Of a DNA stretch of 64,000 nucleotides, positions 60,734 to 64,000 are shown one piece after another. The stretch spans positions 1,616,199-1,680,198 of the forward strand of contig NW_002060945.1 in the NCBI RefSeq assembly GCF_000150275.1, read 5' to 3'. Source of the DNA: Trichoplax adhaerens. Lineage: Eukaryota; Animalia; Placozoa. A program made the translations under genes and the position numbers. Position 1 is the first letter of the stretch. Each line of letters opens with the position of its first letter. The notes beneath the pieces are model-generated. The model was given only the letters and a program-made list of their open reading frames with translations. It was not told the DNA's origin and made no database searches.

Positions 60734-62948
60734 ATTGTCTGAAAAAACGGCTAGATACAATTTCCGTAGGGTTAACATTCGTTTGAATTCGGATTATAAA
60801 GATAGATTGTTTAACATATTGAGAAGATAGTTGTTCAAATCTATAGCTAAATAGCGTCGTTGAGTATTTTTGATCGCATTAGAAAATTTCTACCATTCAT
60901 TTTGTTTGCTAAACATTTCAATACTTTACGACAAATAAATTTGAATCGTATCTAGTCAATTAAAACATGTGAAGACTATTATCATTTTTCTATCTTTGTG
61001 ACAATATTACTCGTTGATCATCACTTATGTCCGTATCCGGCATTAATTTAATAGTTAAACTATTTCAGTTGGACTTTTCAATAGCTTATAAGTCGAGTTG
61101 ATTAGATAAACTTGGAGCTTATCAAATGATATTTATTAATTTTCTATGGAATAATGAAGCCATTTTCCCTCTAACGTATTCATTTCTCTAATGGAGAACT
61201 GCAAACAATTTGGTCGAGTTGGCTAGTCTTCAAAATCATTAATTTCTAACTAAAACACCTCTTTGAACAACAATTTTTTTATAGAATATTTGCTAATATT
61301 GTCAAGGAAAGTTATTGAAAGCTCTGCCATGTCTTTTATAATCAAATTTATTCTTACATCAGCGGCCTTAGTTAATATAATCACTATTTCAAAAGTAATC
61401 TTTAAGTCGATTAGAAATGATCGTATTTTCATTTTATATACTAAACTATTTTCTATATTCCTTATATGAACATCGTTTATCCATTCTATTATTTTCTGTA
61501 AGCTTCTACATTGTGACTTGTCTCCATTTTGTTTCAGTTAATATAAAAGTACATGAAATTTTAAGCACATTCATATCGATTAACCGTATTGTAAATTCAT
61601 ACTTAAAATATATCAGTCCATTATACCATTATTAATCTTTTAATATCATCCTGAGTTATACTGGATATTGAACGTATTTCAAAGAATCTTCTCTTACGAA
61701 AAAGAAAGATTGTAATGGGAGTAAATTATCGAAATTCTCCCGGATTGCTGCCTATTATAGATTGCAGGAGAATATGCTAACAACGCATAATGTAGACAAT
61801 ACGCTATAACCTATGGCTAGTAATAGAGAAAATCAAATTGGTATATATTAATCCTCTTACCTCAATTTGACCACCAGCTGTTGATGTTGACTGCAATCGA
61901 TCGTGACTATTGAGTTTCAACAAATGTTTGCGAAGTTAAATTCAAAGGAAATAATCAATGCACTCATCACTTTTATTCAGTCATTTTCAAAAAAATCGTC
62001 AAGCGTTAAGAAGGCAATTGCAATAGGGTAGAATAAATAGATAACTCAATACTTTGAAATAATATCGGAATTAATTCTTAAATCATTGAAAAAAATGCAG
62101 CCATGAATAATACTTAAATATTTTAAGCTAAATATGATACAGATTAATAGAATAAGATCGGTGACCTTTCATTGCTCGGGCGATTAGATCATTGATATGT
62201 TTTATTCAATCCTGGAGATTTACTAACCAGTTAAGATGTAAATTAATCATTAAAAAGTTAACTTCATGCTATCATACATTAAATGAATCATTTACATTCG
62301 AGATGGAATCGACCACAGTAGGTAAAAGAGAAGCTAAAGTTCTTATAAATGATGGGCCTTACAACAGTTGTCTTTTTACATGTTAGCAGATTTATCAATG
62401 ATGACAAAATCTTTTCCTAACTTATCGAGTTAATATCATCTACCCATACAAGGAGTAAATTTCTGAATAGCAAAGGAAATGGTTTGACACCTCCAATAAA
62501 TCTAACTGTTTTATATTCCAAGTTGCACTAACATGAAAAACGAATCACTAGTTGATATCTACTGTATGAATATGCACTCAATTATTTCAACTTGACCCTA
62601 GCGGTAGCGAATAAACATGCAGCTGGTAATTCTCGCCAGATTATTTCCATTCAATACATCTTGACTCTAAAGTAGTAAATTCTTAAAACTTTTACTGATT
62701 AGCAGTCTTATAAAGCAGCGTAAATTCTACAAATAAAAGCTCCAATCTATCAATGTCATCGTCTCTATTTTTGCATTTCATTTTCAGCCTTTTTGTATTT
62801 ATTTCGTAGCCATTGATTTACGAATATCATTTTAATCATGTATGCCTAAACAATTCATTCGTTGTTCATCTATTTTATCGATTATCCTAGAACATAGTAC
62901 CAAAATGAAGTAGGTAGATTAACATAATTGTTGTTCATTCTATTGCAG

Positions 62949-63725
62949 CTTCGGGCCCTCCGTACATATGCCTTTGCACGCAAAGTTGCAATGCAGCATT
63001 AAACGAAAGACGCACATGTACAGCTCAAATTAGCTGTTTTCATAGCATTGTTAAGAATAATGCCACTGGAGTTATTGAAGAAAATCATGGCTGTTTCGAT
63101 CATATACTTCAAAGTAAATTTTGTGGCCGCCAAACTCCACTTTCATCGGTGGTGTGTTGTAAAAGTAATTACTGCAATGATAATGTTCATGGAACTGGAA
63201 GCGATAAAATACGTGCTACACTACCAATTACTACACCTACTACAGGTAATAAAAGAAGTAAATCATTCATTTTTATTTAGTAAAGTTAATTGCAATTCTA
63301 TAGCACTGATTGCTCTTTTAATACAAATTAAATGTTAACTGTATGATTTTATCTTTCCTAATATCACTTTCTAGCTGCCACAACAGGCCAAAGTATTGGT
63401 GGATCGGATGGATTTATGCTTGCGTTAACTATTGTTATTCCTGTCTTAGTATTATTACTAGTAGCTGCTATTGCTGTATGGCTTATACGAAGATCGCATC
63501 AACGCCATATGAGAGAATTATCGTCAAACAATTTGAAAGATCTAGAATTAAACCTTAAAGAGCAAGTTCCTTACTACCCACCAGATCGAACAGCAAGGTC
63601 GACCACAGATTATACATCGCAGCAAACTGGTATGCAAACAGAAATGACTTCAGGCAGTGGTTCAGGAGTTCCTCGCCTAGCTACGCGTACATTGGCTAAA
63701 GATGTTAAATTATTAAATGTTGTTG
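62949..63725 (+). CDS. TGF-beta superfamily type I receptor Ser/Thr kinase (ALK-type), partial: ectodomain, TM and GS box; the kinase continues past the window
   Basis: Exon 62949-63245 (possibly starting at 62918) encodes a three-finger ectodomain: CLC..C..C..SCF..HGC..FC..CCKSNYCN. Exon 63375-63725 encodes TM LALTIVIPVLVLLLVAAIAVWLI, GS box TSGSGSG and the start of kinase subdomain I (..NVVG|GTAAG). The start/signal-peptide exon was not located. Confidence 0.92.
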
Positions 63726-64000
63726 GTAAGTAGAGGCCAAGATAATTTGAAGTTATTGGCTATAATTATTCCATCGGTTTTGACTTTGCTCTTATAAGGC
63801 ACAAATGTACTCAAAACCCAAAGTGCTAGAAATAGATTTGCATAATACTATAAATCGATTTCGATAAGTTTTCCCATCCTAGCATTAAAGTTGCATGACC
63901 CTAGATAATGTGTATCTTAAAGATTCTATAAATTGAGATCTAGTAATATCAGATAGTATTAAAGATCGAAATATCATAAAGTCTTTCATTTGCATTATGG

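Noticed and set aside
62891-62913. Micro-exon upstream of the receptor ectodomain
   Set aside because: It has a stop in the needed frame and would leave a 35-nt intron.

Overview
AT-rich, intron-dense eukaryotic (animal) DNA with many short GT-AG introns. Composition, compact gene spacing and gene content suggest an early-branching metazoan such as a placozoan (Trichoplax-like); that is inference. Hand-splicing gives eight complete genes: ABHD8 (-), ADPGK (+), a secreted protein with an IGFBP-N domain plus an unrecognised 16-Cys domain (+), CDK7 (-), a short intronless Eco1/ESCO acetyltransferase (+), ALDH7A1 (-), a mitochondrial-type threonyl-tRNA synthetase (+) and PPP1R32/SAXO4 (+). There is also a Roco COR-domain pseudogene fragment and the 5' part of a TGF-beta family type I receptor that runs off the right end. 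Six genes form three head-to-head pairs whose ~2 kb spacers each carry repeats and clusters of a CTGTA/TACAG motif. The best leads are: (1) the receptor naturally has Asp at the ALK5-T204/ALK2-Q207 activating position and an altered FKBP12 site; (2) the IGFBP-N plus orphan Cys-rich protein; (3) a ThrRS with fungal MST1-like signatures that keeps its editing domain; (4) a structured 158-bp, 7-copy promoter array. No rRNA, tRNA, CRISPR array or intact transposase was seen. All family assignments come from remembered motifs, not database searches.
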